64,000 nucleotides of DNA from Candidatus Gottesmanbacteria bacterium (GCA_963790805.1 CAWBPL010000002.1:1020860-1084859), one strand, 5' to 3'. Positions 10,669 through 21,312 are shown, counted from the first letter of the stretch. Numbers and translations: made by a program. Notes: generated by a model not told the origin, from the letters alone.

Positions 10669-12647
10669 ATGAGCAGCATACTTGCTATTTTTAGCTTCAT
10701 TCTGTTTGTATGTTTTCAGGCGCAGCACATCACTCCAGGTGACGGCGGCGATCTTTTAACGGCGGCGGCAACCCGTGGCGTCCCCCACCCTCCGGGGTAT
10801 CCACTCTATACGATGCTCGGTTGGTTATTAAGTCATATCCCAGCCGGTACGATTGTATGGCGCATTGGATTATTGTCTTCAATCCCTCACGCGCTCGTCG
10901 TGGGATTGATGTACGTTATTGTTCTGCGATTAACGCGGCGTAGGAGCGCAGGGGTATTCGCCTCTTTGCTTCTTATCGGAAATTATCTGTTTTTTCTCTA
11001 CAGCGTAACGCCGGAAGTATTCGCGCTGTTGGATTTTTTTGTCATTGTACTAACGTATTTAGCCCTTCGCTGGCAAAAATCGCACGACATGCGTTTTCTC
11101 GATGGCATTTTTTTATTGCGGGATTGTCGCTTACCCATCATCAGGTGATTTTCTTTTTCTTTCCGGCACTTGCAGTATTTTTTTGGCTGCAAAAACGATA
11201 TATACATTTTTCGACAATACTCATTCCTTCTATCGGATCGTTTCTGTTGGGGTTACTACCCTATATGTATATCCCTCTGGCGGCGCGCGGGAATTCGATC
11301 ATTAATTGGGATCGCGCGACGACGTGGACGAATTTTATTCGACTGCTCACGCGGATGGATTACGGTACGTTTCATTCCGGAATCGCGATGGGACAGTTGC
11401 CTTTGCAGCGATTGATTCAGGTGCAAACATATGTACAGTATGTGATTCTAGATTTTACATGGGTAGGTATTTTTCTTCTCTTGATTGGATTTATTGGATT
11501 ATGGCGATTGAATAAACACATGTTTTGGTTGCTTCTTGTTGCCGCGTTTAGTTTGGGACCTGCATTTATGTTTTACGCAAGTTTCCCGCTTGTTAGTCGA
11601 TTTTCACTTGCTACATATGAGCGATTTTTATTGCCTTCGTATGTGCTTGTTGTTGTCGTTATCGGATTTGGATTTTCCGTTGTTTTAGGTTGGGTACAAC
11701 GGCGAGTACGTAAGCTCGCAGCGTCGCCTACCATGGTAGCCCGTACGTTTTTAGCAATATGTTTTTTGTACCCTTTGACGATGAGCGCGCTCTCAGTCTG
11801 GAAATTAGCGGGCTTCAGCGAGGACCGGTCGGCTGAAAATTTAGCTATGGATGTATTGACGAGTTTACCCAAAGGCAGTGTTTTGCTTTTGGATCGCGAT
11901 ACAGAGTTATTTACATCTCAATATATGCGGTATGTCGAGCATGTGCGCGACGATGTCGTTCTTCTTCATGCCATTCGGTTATCATCACCTGATTATCAAC
12001 AGGTGGTTGGGCGCGTATATCCCACCCTGCCGCTGCCTAAAAAAATCGACGAACAATCGTTTGCAACATTTCTACAACTCATGGCGACACGGTCTCATGT
12101 GTTTTCCACCACAAAATATACGGTAGAAGATTCATGGCAATGGATGCCGTACGGATTGGTATATCAATTGGTTAAGAAAAATGATGCGTTAACAATTGCT
12201 TCAATGAACGATAAAAACGCCCACATTTGGGCTACCGTGCATAATCCGGCTTCCGATCGACTGGCAAAATACGATTTAATGCTTACCGATGTTGGAGACA
12301 TCTATGCGTCAGCGCGACTCGAATTTGGTAAAAGCCTTCTTACGTCCAACGATTTTTCCGGTGCAAAAGAGCAAATCACCAAAGCGATCGCGTACAACGG
12401 TGATACGGATATTGCGGATGCATATATGTACCGAGGTGTAAGCGAATATTTTCTTAAAGAATGCGGGAGCGCGCTTGTAGATTTTGAAACATCACAAAAC
12501 ATCGCGTATTCACCGAATAAACAGATATTTTTATATGAAGCTATGACCTACCGTGACTGTGTGGGCGACTTGAAGCGCGCCCAACAGCTTTTCGATCGTT
12601 ATTCGTCAGAGCAAGTAGATACTCAAACTCCATTGCAAAAATTGTAA
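10669..12647 (+). CDS. DUF2723 / TMEM260-like GT-C membrane glycosyltransferase with a C-terminal TPR-like region, interrupted by a 1-nt frameshift
   Basis: The N-terminal motif GDGGDLLTAAATRGVPHPPGYPLYTMLGWL is the DUF2723 signature. ORFs 10669..11148 (frame 1) and 11124..12647 (frame 3) join across the T7 run at 11108-11114, reading ..LDGIF/FIAGLSLTHHQ... Confidence 0.7.
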
Positions 12648-14790
12648 TACCCAACGAGATGACGCTTATCCATGCACCCAATAGAAAACTTTTTGGTAAA
12701 TAATAGATTTTGACCGTATGTGAGCCTTTAGGGAGTAAGACACCGATATGCTTGATATTTACAGGAAACACTTCAATTTCTTTTCCATCAATCGTTGCGT
12801 GCCAACCGGGATAATACGTTTGGGTGAGTACAAGTATTGATTTTTCTCCGGTCGTTCGCGTTTTAATTGAGTATTCCCCTTCGTGTGAGGCGACAATTGT
12901 TGCAGCGCCATCTCCTGAGGTTGATAGTACATCGCGATCATTTTCAACAAGAACCGTTTTGCCTGGCACAAACGCCTCTTCCTGTATTGCGTTAACGGCA
13001 TCGTTAATGGTGGTGACCTTCATTGTTTGAGTAGCTATATAGACAGACGCAGCTGCCTGACTATTTTCAAAAAGGAGGATTCTATGCGACGGGTCGGTAA
13101 GTTCCACTTTTTGCCGTAATCCGGTATTTTGTACCGACAGGGTGCTAATGACGTTGTCAACGGCGAGCATATTGAGTAATTTACTGCCTGTTGCGCTTAT
13201 GGTCGCGTAAGAATCATCCGTCGTAATGGTTTGATCCAATAAATCATTAAATACTTGGGATCTTCTCAGTGTTCGCCCAACATAATCCTTGATTTGAGAA
13301 ACCTGCCAAAGCATATTTTTGTCCGGTGTCAGGGTATTGCGAAGGATAAACGACGGATCAACATTGGCTTTCGATAAGGACCAGCCTTTTAGCTGATAGG
13401 TATTGTTATAGAGAAGTTCCCCGCCGATTGTCAGCGTATAGCCGGGAAGCATGTATGGAATAAATGACGGCGGTTTCAACCATTCTGAGGCTTGTTCTAT
13501 GGCATGATACGGAGACCAGATGAGAAATATAGTCAAAATTTGGATAACTATGGCAAATATCGCACAAAGCCACGTTATCCGTTTTTGAATATAAGTCATA
13601 AAAAGCGCATGAAGGGAATGAACGCTTATGACGATAAGAGCGATAATGAAAAGCCAGATAAAGCGCGACGGGACGCGAAATATCGTAAACGGCCAGAACG
13701 AGAAAATAAAATACAGCGGTGAGTTTCGTCCTGTCATAAGAAGGAACGACGCGATGAGGATAAGCAGAAAAAATACAATTGAAGATGTTGCTGAACTGCG
13801 ACGTATTTTTTTGCCGCCATGCCATAAACGGATGGCAACAAAGCCGAGGATACTAAGGAGCGGAACAATGCCGATATATGCCGTGTTTTCCCAAAAAATA
13901 CTTCCGTTAAATACAACATAATTCGGATATGTGCCTGTTGCCGGATTACCGAGGAGGTACGGATCTATAAGTGTCAGAAGGTGTTTAAAGGGGTATGAAA
14001 ATATTGTCGCCTGATCAGGTAAAAATTGATTGGTAGTAATGTTCGAAAGAAATTCGACTGATGGAACTATCTGTATTGCGGCTATTGCCATTGCCATTAT
14101 ACCTGCCACGACGAGTTTGGTCGTTGTGAAAAATTTATGAGAGGCGGATTTCAGAAGCCACGCCCAATAGGCCGCGATGAAAAGAAGCGTGATAAACGTA
14201 CTCTGAGGAAATCCGATAAGTATTTGTTGCGCAAGTACTAATGTAAGCCAGCCCGCATATTTCCACTGTCTTGATGTTGCGAGTTTATGCGTGAGAACCG
14301 CAATAAGGGGAAACAGCGAAAGACTTTGAATAAGTGTTAGATGAGTAAGCTGAACAATGCTGTACCCTGATAATGCCATTGTTATAGATCCGAAGAGTGA
14401 TGGCAATGGATGGTAGTTGAGACTGCGTAACCACCAGTACATACCCCACCCTATGATACAAAGCGTGAGAACGATAGAAATATTGTATGCATATATTGTT
14501 GGCAGAAATCGAAAGAGAATGAGATTCGGGAGGTAGAACGTTCCCATTTCTCCTGTTGCGTATAAGGGAACGCCGCCGCCGATTTGCGAATCCCAGAGTG
14601 GCAAATGACCGCTTTTTAATTCATTCGCATAAAAATATTTCGTCGCATAGCTAAATACGGCATCGCTTTCTCCAAAGTCCGGCGTAATTATAAGTCTGGG
14701 AGCAGGAATAAATAGTCGAAGAAAAAACAATGCGACGACGACCGCAATGGTTATCAATGCATAACGATCGAGCATTCTTTGATTGTTCAT
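12541..14790 (-). CDS. YfhO-like polytopic membrane protein (GT-C-type glycosyltransferase family)
   Basis: About 750 aa with more than 12 TM segments and a large C-terminal extracytoplasmic domain. The N-terminal FGESDAVFSYATKYFYANELKSGHLPLWDSQIGGGVPL resembles YfhO. The likely ATG is at 14790 (MNNQRML). The 3' end overlaps the DUF2723 gene convergently by 107 nt. Confidence 0.55.
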   Translation of the reverse strand: MNNQRMLDRYALITIAVVVALFFLRLFIPAPRLIITPDFGESDAVFSYATKYFYANELKSGHLPLWDSQIGGGVPLYATGEMGTFYLPNLILFRFLPTIYAYNISIVLTLCIIGWGMYWWLRSLNYHPLPSLFGSITMALSGYSIVQLTHLTLIQSLSLFPLIAVLTHKLATSRQWKYAGWLTLVLAQQILIGFPQSTFITLLFIAAYWAWLLKSASHKFFTTTKLVVAGIMAMAIAAIQIVPSVEFLSNITTNQFLPDQATIFSYPFKHLLTLIDPYLLGNPATGTYPNYVVFNGSIFWENTAYIGIVPLLSILGFVAIRLWHGGKKIRRSSATSSIVFFLLILIASFLLMTGRNSPLYFIFSFWPFTIFRVPSRFIWLFIIALIVISVHSLHALFMTYIQKRITWLCAIFAIVIQILTIFLIWSPYHAIEQASEWLKPPSFIPYMLPGYTLTIGGELLYNNTYQLKGWSLSKANVDPSFILRNTLTPDKNMLWQVSQIKDYVGRTLRRSQVFNDLLDQTITTDDSYATISATGSKLLNMLAVDNVISTLSVQNTGLRQKVELTDPSHRILLFENSQAAASVYIATQTMKVTTINDAVNAIQEEAFVPGKTVLVENDRDVLSTSGDGAATIVASHEGEYSIKTRTTGEKSILVLTQTYYPGWHATIDGKEIEVFPVNIKHIGVLLPKGSHTVKIYYLPKSFLLGAWISVISLGITIFAMEFEYLLALTNNDRKAVGRASSRPHSHGRS

Positions 14791-14873
14791 GGTTGAAAGT
14801 GTATAGATTTTCCTATGAGTTCGCAAGGCACTAATCTCTTGACAACAGTGGCATTGCAGCTGACACTAGAAGT

Positions 14874-15623
14874 ATGGTTGTTTTCGTTAGCATCTTAGGC
14901 CTACTTATAGGATCATTCTTAAATGTGCTTATTGATCGGTTGCCCAAAGGCCAAAATGTTTTCTGGGGAAGGTCACACTGTGATTATTGTAAACGGACGC
15001 TTCGATGGTATGAACTCATCCCCTTGGTTTCGTTTTTCTGGCAACGGGGAAAATGTGTACGGTGCCACCGCTCGCTTTCTTGGCAATATCCTCTTATTGA
15101 AGCGATGACGGGAATCGGATATTTTTTGATCTGGGGTATGTTTAATCAATCTACAACTTTACTTGTCGCTTCGCTCATCCTATTCAGTTCCCTGCTTGTC
15201 ATTACGATTTCCGATTTAAAATACCAAATCATTCCCGACAGCATGATCATAACGGGAGGTATCGGTACGATTCTCCTTTTTTTGAACAACGTATCGTATG
15301 CTTTTATTGCCGAACACGTTCTTACCGGACTCGCGACGTCTGTATTTTTTCTGTTTCTCTGGCTTCTCACGAAAAAGCGCGGCATAGGACTGGGTGATGT
15401 AAAAATTTCCTTTTTATTGGGCCTCTTGCTAGGGTATCCAGAGATTATCATGGCGCTCTATATAGCATTCTTGACTGGGGCAATCGTGGGTGTCATACTG
15501 ATTTTAGGGGGTAAAAAGAAACTCAAAAGCAAAATTGCTTTTGGTCCGTTTCTTATTCTTGGCGTAGCCGGAACGCTCTGTTTCAACCCGATTTTATTAT
15601 CATTATGGCACACAATATTCTAA
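14874..15623 (+). CDS. pilD: Prepilin peptidase (A24 family)
   Basis: Zinc-ribbon CDYCKRTLRWYELIPLVSFFWQRGKCVRC, a polytopic body, and the GLGDVK aspartyl-protease motif. Confidence 0.9.
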   Translation: MVVFVSILGLLIGSFLNVLIDRLPKGQNVFWGRSHCDYCKRTLRWYELIPLVSFFWQRGKCVRCHRSLSWQYPLIEAMTGIGYFLIWGMFNQSTTLLVASLILFSSLLVITISDLKYQIIPDSMIITGGIGTILLFLNNVSYAFIAEHVLTGLATSVFFLFLWLLTKKRGIGLGDVKISFLLGLLLGYPEIIMALYIAFLTGAIVGVILILGGKKKLKSKIAFGPFLILGVAGTLCFNPILLSLWHTIF

Positions 15624-16051
15624 ATAAACGTGCGGGTTTTACGCTTTTGGAGCTTCTCATCGTAATAGCCATTATCGGTATTCTTATTTCTGTCGGCGTT
15701 GTTTCCTATTCACAGGCGCAAAAGAAGTCGAGAAACAGCAGAAGGCGAAGCGATATTAAAGCGCTTCAAAATGCGTGGGAGCAATATTACGCAGACCATA
15801 ACAGTACGTACCCCAACGTCAATGGCGGTTGTCCCGATGCGAGCGCCATGTCAACGTATCTGCCGGCGGGGTTTCCAACCGATCCCAAGGACGGATCATC
15901 ATATATTGTCTCCTGCGGCACTCAACTTGCGCCATCCTACATATTTTGTGCTGCCCTAGAAGGAGAGACGGGAAACGCGGACGGAACGGGAAATTATAAT
16001 CCCTCCGCTCCTGCGGTCAAAGATCATTTTTGTGCATCAAATTTGCAATAA
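15605..16051 (+). CDS. Type IV pilin-like protein
   Basis: Prepilin signal KRAGFTLLELLIVIAIIGIL and paired Cys residues in the C-terminal half. Confidence 0.8.
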   Translation: MAHNILNKRAGFTLLELLIVIAIIGILISVGVVSYSQAQKKSRNSRRRSDIKALQNAWEQYYADHNSTYPNVNGGCPDASAMSTYLPAGFPTDPKDGSSYIVSCGTQLAPSYIFCAALEGETGNADGTGNYNPSAPAVKDHFCASNLQ

Positions 16052-16052
16052 C

Positions 16053-16535
16053 ATGACAAAACAAACGCACAGCCTCGGATTTACTCTTTTGGAGTTATTG
16101 GTGACCGTCACGATTATTGCGATTCTGACGTTGATAGGTATTGTATCGTATGCTTCCGTAAACAGACGGTCGCGCGACGTGAAGCGGAAAAGCGATTTAG
16201 AGGAAATTCGATCAGCTCTTGAAATGTACCGTTCAGATAACGTGAATGGAGGTGTTTACCCATCGGAGGGAAACGGAAGTTGGACGCCAGCCGGCAGTCT
16301 GAAAGCTGATTTGGTGTCGACGTATATTCCTGCGGTACCTGACGATCCTAACGGTACTAATCATTATCAGTATATGGGTATCCAGACAAATAACGTGTAC
16401 AGTTCTTATTGTTTGTGCGCTTGTCTCGAAAGTAATAATTGCGACGGTACGAATCCGGCAAATATCGTTTCAAATACATGCCCAAATACAGTCAGTACGA
16501 GGGTAGATTGTAATTATTACCTCAAAAATCCATGA
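16053..16535 (+). CDS. Type IV pilin-like protein
   Basis: HSLGFTLLELLVTVTIIAIL and a Cys-rich C-terminus. The start was moved to the internal Met (MTKQTH) just after the upstream stop. Confidence 0.75.
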   Translation: MTKQTHSLGFTLLELLVTVTIIAILTLIGIVSYASVNRRSRDVKRKSDLEEIRSALEMYRSDNVNGGVYPSEGNGSWTPAGSLKADLVSTYIPAVPDDPNGTNHYQYMGIQTNNVYSSYCLCACLESNNCDGTNPANIVSNTCPNTVSTRVDCNYYLKNP

Positions 16536-17029
16536 AAGGGTTTACCCTTATCGAAGTGATGGTATCCGTAGCGGTTGCTCTGTTGGTTACGGGATTCATC
16601 ATTGCGAATTATAATTCGTATAACGACGTTCAGGTGTTAAAACAGGCCGCGTTAACACTTAAAAATAACCTGCGGTTTGCGCAATCAAAAGCGATGAACG
16701 GGCAAATACCGACTCCCACACCCATGAATGCACCGCCGATTTGTTCCACGTTGGTTGGATATACCGTCACGTTTACTCCGCCATCTTCTTATACGATTCA
16801 GGCTTTTTGTGATCCAGAGGGTTTGCAGGGAGATAAACTATTGATACCACTACCGGGTGGCGTTACATTTTCAACCTCTACTCCGCCTCCGGCTCTGATA
16901 ACATTTAACGTATTGTCACGAGGTACCACCTTACCCAGCGTGACAACAATAACGCTGACGGGATTTAATAAAACATATTCGTTACAGGTAAGCCCGAGCG
17001 GCGATGTCAGCGATTTGGGATTGAAGTAA
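16532..17029 (+). CDS. Minor pilin / pseudopilin-like protein
   Basis: MKGFTLIEVMVSVAVALLV at the N-terminus. The start overlaps the previous stop (ATGA coupling). Confidence 0.7.
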   Translation: MKGFTLIEVMVSVAVALLVTGFIIANYNSYNDVQVLKQAALTLKNNLRFAQSKAMNGQIPTPTPMNAPPICSTLVGYTVTFTPPSSYTIQAFCDPEGLQGDKLLIPLPGGVTFSTSTPPPALITFNVLSRGTTLPSVTTITLTGFNKTYSLQVSPSGDVSDLGLK

Positions 17030-17035
17030 TCGTAT

Positions 17036-17497
17036 ATGAAAAACTACAGAACGAGAGGTCAAACAATTATTGAGGTAATCGTTGTTATCGGTATCGTTGT
17101 TGTTTTGACAACGGGACTCATTGCGGGAACAACATCCTCTTTAAAGTCAGCACAAAGCGATCGATCCCGCAGCGAAGCCGTCAAGTACGCGCAGGAGGGA
17201 ATTGAGGTTGCGCGACAGTTGCGTGACGAGAATTGGGATACGTTTTTTAGTTATGGCGGTTCGGTGTATTGCTTAGGGAGTGATGCAAAGGGGAATACGA
17301 ATTTTGTTGTTTCAACAGGTGGTCAATGTCCAACCAACATAATGATGCAAGATGGAACGCTGAGTATTTTTACGAGGAGCGTGCAGTTTGCGTGGCAAGG
17401 AAACAGCGGTATGCAGATTGTCGTAACCGTTTCATATCCTGAGAATTCTCAAACAAAAAATGTACAGCTGACAACATATTTAACGCAATGGCGATAA
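17036..17497 (+). CDS. Minor pilin-like protein (degenerate signal)
   Basis: RGQTIIEVIVVIGIVVV has Glu+5 and a hydrophobic helix, but G-Q replaces the usual G-F. Confidence 0.55.
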   Translation: MKNYRTRGQTIIEVIVVIGIVVVLTTGLIAGTTSSLKSAQSDRSRSEAVKYAQEGIEVARQLRDENWDTFFSYGGSVYCLGSDAKGNTNFVVSTGGQCPTNIMMQDGTLSIFTRSVQFAWQGNSGMQIVVTVSYPENSQTKNVQLTTYLTQWR

Positions 17498-17501
17498 TTG
17501 T

Positions 17502-18065
17502 ATGATGAGAAGGAAAATTGTTCGTCAATCAGGTGGTTTTACCTTATTGGAAACTCTTGTAGCCATTAGTGCTATAGCAACAGTTGGTATATTAATAACG
17601 CAGGTGTTTTTTACGACTACCCGTTCAAATACAAAGGCTGAATTATTAAAAGATGTAAAACAGAACGGTGATTATGCAATGGAGATTATGAGTCGAACGA
17701 TACGAAATTCGGTGGCGGTCATTTCCGATTGTGCGGCGACGGGAACGGCGCTTGATGCGCTGGAATTAGAAAATTTCGACGGCAATAATACGCAGTTTAG
17801 CTGTTTTTTTGATGGCAAAGAGACCCGTATCGCTTCTACAAGTGCAACAACCGGAAGTTCAGAGTACTTAACGAGTTCAAACGTGACCTTAGGCGGTGCG
17901 TCCTGTGACGATACCGCAAATACGCTAAAATTTACCTGCACGTCATATGCAGATCAGCCGCCAAAAATTACTATTCAGTTTCAACTCGCTCAAAGTACTA
18001 TTGCGAGCGGTCAATTTGAACAGGCAAACATCTCTTTCCAAACGACAGTATCGCCAAGGAATTAG
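17502..18065 (+). CDS. Minor pilin-like protein
   Basis: SGGFTLLETLVAISAIA prepilin-type N-terminus. Confidence 0.7.
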   Translation: MMRRKIVRQSGGFTLLETLVAISAIATVGILITQVFFTTTRSNTKAELLKDVKQNGDYAMEIMSRTIRNSVAVISDCAATGTALDALELENFDGNNTQFSCFFDGKETRIASTSATTGSSEYLTSSNVTLGGASCDDTANTLKFTCTSYADQPPKITIQFQLAQSTIASGQFEQANISFQTTVSPRN

Positions 18066-18110
18066 TCTTGTAAATGGTATCGTATATTTATTACAATAGT
18101 ATAAGCTGGT

Positions 18111-18938
18111 ATGAAACAGAGATTTTCTTCTGGTCAGGTGGTGCTTATCACTCTTCTTGTTTTAACGATCGCAACGACGGTTGCGCTATCCCTGATCGCC
18201 CGCACGACTACCGATACGACGATTACGAATCAGGTCGAAGAGTCTTCCAAGGCGTTTAGTGCTGCAGAGGCAGGAGTTGAAGAAGCCCTCAAGACAGGGA
18301 ATCCAAGCACCCAAGTGTTATCCTCGGGTGTATCGTATAACGTGAATGTTGGATCGGTTGGGGGTGCGACGGGTGTCTATGCTTTTCCTAAAATTACTCA
18401 AAAAGGCACGACGGAAACGCTTTGGCTTGTTGAGCATAATCAAACCACAGGAGCGCTTGATGAAACGACTCCATATCGGGGTTCTTCGATAGATGTTTGC
18501 TGGAGTAGCGGGGATGTTATACCGGCGCTTCTGGTGACGATTTTATACAAAGACCACATATCTCAAACATATCGCGTAGTAAAGCAGGCGTACGATCCGG
18601 ACCCAGTGCGTGCGGCAACTGATAAATTTAGCTCAACCTATATTCCGGGAGGATGCAGCGATACAAACACAACGTACAAAGAAACAATCACATTTGCGCC
18701 GGCGATAGATCCTGCAAATGACACGCTTATTGCGCTTCGAATTCGACCGCTCTTTAACGATACGAGGATAGAAATTGATAGCGGCGATATTCAACTAGCC
18801 AAACAAGGTGACCGGATTGAATCAACGGGTACAACAACAGAGGGGATAAACAGGAAAATAATCGTGTATCAGCAGTATCGTGCACCTGCAAGTGTATTTG
18901 ATGCCGCTTTGTATAGTGAAAATTCATTAAGTTATTAA
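18111..18938 (+). CDS. PilX-like pilus-associated protein
   Basis: N-terminal SSGQVVLITLLVLTIATTVALSL hydrophobic helix without Glu+5, positioned after the minor pilins. The assignment rests on context only. Confidence 0.4.
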   Translation: MKQRFSSGQVVLITLLVLTIATTVALSLIARTTTDTTITNQVEESSKAFSAAEAGVEEALKTGNPSTQVLSSGVSYNVNVGSVGGATGVYAFPKITQKGTTETLWLVEHNQTTGALDETTPYRGSSIDVCWSSGDVIPALLVTILYKDHISQTYRVVKQAYDPDPVRAATDKFSSTYIPGGCSDTNTTYKETITFAPAIDPANDTLIALRIRPLFNDTRIEIDSGDIQLAKQGDRIESTGTTTEGINRKIIVYQQYRAPASVFDAALYSENSLSY

Positions 18939-18986
18939 AGAAAGGTGCATAACATTTAAGAGTACAGAATACGCAAAGCTGCCCAT

Positions 18987-20006
18987 ATGAATACTACAGT
19001 CGGTCTGGATATAGGTTCCCACAGTATTAAGCTTATTGAAATTGCGAAAGAAGGCAACCAAATCGCATTATTAGCTGCAGGAAGCATGCCGACTCCTCCA
19101 AAGTCTATGACGTCTTCCTTGCAGGTGGATCTGGAAGCGGCTGCAATTGCGATCAAACAGCTCGTTCGCGATACTGGGACAAAATCCCATGAGGTTTCTA
19201 TCGCTCTGCCTGAATCCAAAGTGTTTACCCGTGTTATAGAGGTTCCCCAACTCTCGACGCGTGAGCTTACAAGCGCTATTAAATGGGAGGCCGAGCAATA
19301 TATCCCGTTACCGCTCGATCAAGTGAATGTTGACTTTACAGTACTTCGAGACAGTCAGGTTACTGGAACCAATAAAATGGAGGTTTTACTTGTCGCGGCA
19401 CCCAAATCATTAATGGATAAATATTTAACCATCCTTGAGTTTGCAGGACTTACCGCGGTGGGAGCTGAAACTGAGATTATCGCGACTTCACGCGCAATCG
19501 CCCGCTCCATTCCCAATGTGCGGAACGTTATGGTAGCATCACTCGGCGCGCAAACGACAGATATAGCAATATTAAACAATGGTATTTTGACATTTACTCG
19601 ATCCGTGAGTGCCGGAGGGGAAGCGATTACTCGGGCAATTGCCCAGAGCTTAGATTTTAATCTCACGCAGGCGGAAGAGTATAAGCGGACATACGGGTTA
19701 CAAAAAGATAAACTTGAAGGAAAAATAGTGAATGCCACGAAACCCATTATGGATACCATCGTCAACGAAATGAAACGGTCAGTGGCATTTTATGAGGAAA
19801 AATATAAAGATCAGCATATCGAAACGATTATGTTAAGCGGCGGGACTTCTCGGTTGCCTGGCATGGTTATTTATTTGGCAGAAAGCATGAATTTCGAAGT
19901 ACAGTTAGCAAATCCATGGATTGGCATCGCGCGCGATTCCCGATTTAATGTGTTAAACGCCGAAGGACCTAATTTTTGTATTGCGGTTGGTCTCGCGTTG
20001 CGATAA
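18987..20006 (+). CDS. pilM: Pilus assembly protein PilM (actin-like ATPase fold)
   Basis: 339 aa with VGLDIGSHSIKLIE (phosphate-1 motif) and LSGGTSRLPG. It has the usual position before the pilN/O-like genes. Confidence 0.8.
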   Translation: MNTTVGLDIGSHSIKLIEIAKEGNQIALLAAGSMPTPPKSMTSSLQVDLEAAAIAIKQLVRDTGTKSHEVSIALPESKVFTRVIEVPQLSTRELTSAIKWEAEQYIPLPLDQVNVDFTVLRDSQVTGTNKMEVLLVAAPKSLMDKYLTILEFAGLTAVGAETEIIATSRAIARSIPNVRNVMVASLGAQTTDIAILNNGILTFTRSVSAGGEAITRAIAQSLDFNLTQAEEYKRTYGLQKDKLEGKIVNATKPIMDTIVNEMKRSVAFYEEKYKDQHIETIMLSGGTSRLPGMVIYLAESMNFEVQLANPWIGIARDSRFNVLNAEGPNFCIAVGLALR

Positions 20007-20014
20007 ATATTATT

Positions 20015-20563
20015 ATGGCATCCTCACAGAACACGATTAATCTTATTCGTACTAAAACCAGCTCGTCTCCCCAACTGGAGGCTATTGAGGCAAGTTTGAA
20101 AAAGACCGGTTATGTAGGTTTGATCGGTTTTTTGAGCGTAAGTTTCGTTCTTGTCGTCGTGTATCTCTTTTTTTTCCAGGAAAAAAACCGTTTGCAGACA
20201 ATCCATGAGAGTCTTACGAATCAATTGATCGCTAACTCCCAAAAAGAGGCAATGTACGTTTCCATAAAGGATAGGACAAATATCGTGTCAAAAGCATTAA
20301 CGAGTCAAAGGCCATGGACGCAATTGTTAGACCAAATAACTTCATTTGTACAGCCTCCGACACTGTCGGATATATCCGTAGATGATCAGGGTAAAATTAC
20401 CATGAGTATAAAAGCGGATTCGGTTGATTCGATGCTTCAAGTTATTAACGGGATTATTGCAGAAACGCAAAATAACGAAATTGTTAATCCACAACTTGTT
20501 TCGTTTCAGCTTGGTAAAAACGACAGCATTCAATCAACGATATCTTTTTTTGGTGTATTTTGA
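20015..20563 (+). CDS. PilN-like bitopic membrane protein
   Basis: Short cytoplasmic N-terminus (INLIR), a single TM segment, then a periplasmic-type domain. It follows pilM directly. The start was chosen at the internal Met. Confidence 0.5.
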   Translation: MASSQNTINLIRTKTSSSPQLEAIEASLKKTGYVGLIGFLSVSFVLVVVYLFFFQEKNRLQTIHESLTNQLIANSQKEAMYVSIKDRTNIVSKALTSQRPWTQLLDQITSFVQPPTLSDISVDDQGKITMSIKADSVDSMLQVINGIIAETQNNEIVNPQLVSFQLGKNDSIQSTISFFGVF

Positions 20564-21312
20564 CGCGTATGAAAGAAGTAAATAAATTTTTTCAAACATA
20601 TCGGGAACTCATTATAGCCGTTTCGATGATCGCGGTAACCATTGTCGGAATCATTTTTGGTATCATACCAGCAGTCGATAAAACGATTGCACTTCGTGAT
20701 GAAACTCAAAGTCTTTCGACGAGTAATAATACACTTCAAACAAAACTCAATTTATTAAATGCCAACGACGAATCTGTATATCGAGACCAACTTCAAGAAT
20801 TAATCGCAGCCGTTCCTACCGATAAATCTTTAACAACGCTTTTTTCAACAATCGATGGGGTCAGCGCGTTAAGCGGTATTACTGTTTCAGATTTGACGCT
20901 CTCAAATCCAGGTTCTCTTGCTACCGGATCAGCGACGAAGCAATCAAACGAAGAAAAGCAAATAGGCAGCAACCTCTTACCGTTTACGGTCACGGTTGTA
21001 GGAAGTTATGATCAGGTACATTCTTTTTTGTTGCAAGTTGTTCAGGTACGAAGATTTTTTAGAGTCAGAAACTTTGAGATATCATTTGAAGATATGGCGA
21101 ATATTATAGTTCATATTGGTATGGATGCATATTACTTTCCTTTATCATCGAGCATTGTGTCGGCTGATACTCCTTTGGCCCCAATGACACAAAAAGAGCT
21201 CGATGTTATTGCAACCATTCAAAAAATGCCCGTTGTAGGACAAAACACCCTCACCCCCTCCGGCGCCGCACCAACTATCGGATCACCGCGGGCAGATCTT
21301 TTTTCTCCTTAA
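20560..21312 (+). CDS. PilO-like bitopic membrane protein
   Basis: Single TM segment, then a coiled-coil (LQTKLNLLN) and an alpha/beta domain. It is coupled to the preceding gene by an overlapping start and stop. Confidence 0.45.
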   Translation: MTRMKEVNKFFQTYRELIIAVSMIAVTIVGIIFGIIPAVDKTIALRDETQSLSTSNNTLQTKLNLLNANDESVYRDQLQELIAAVPTDKSLTTLFSTIDGVSALSGITVSDLTLSNPGSLATGSATKQSNEEKQIGSNLLPFTVTVVGSYDQVHSFLLQVVQVRRFFRVRNFEISFEDMANIIVHIGMDAYYFPLSSSIVSADTPLAPMTQKELDVIATIQKMPVVGQNTLTPSGAAPTIGSPRADLFSP

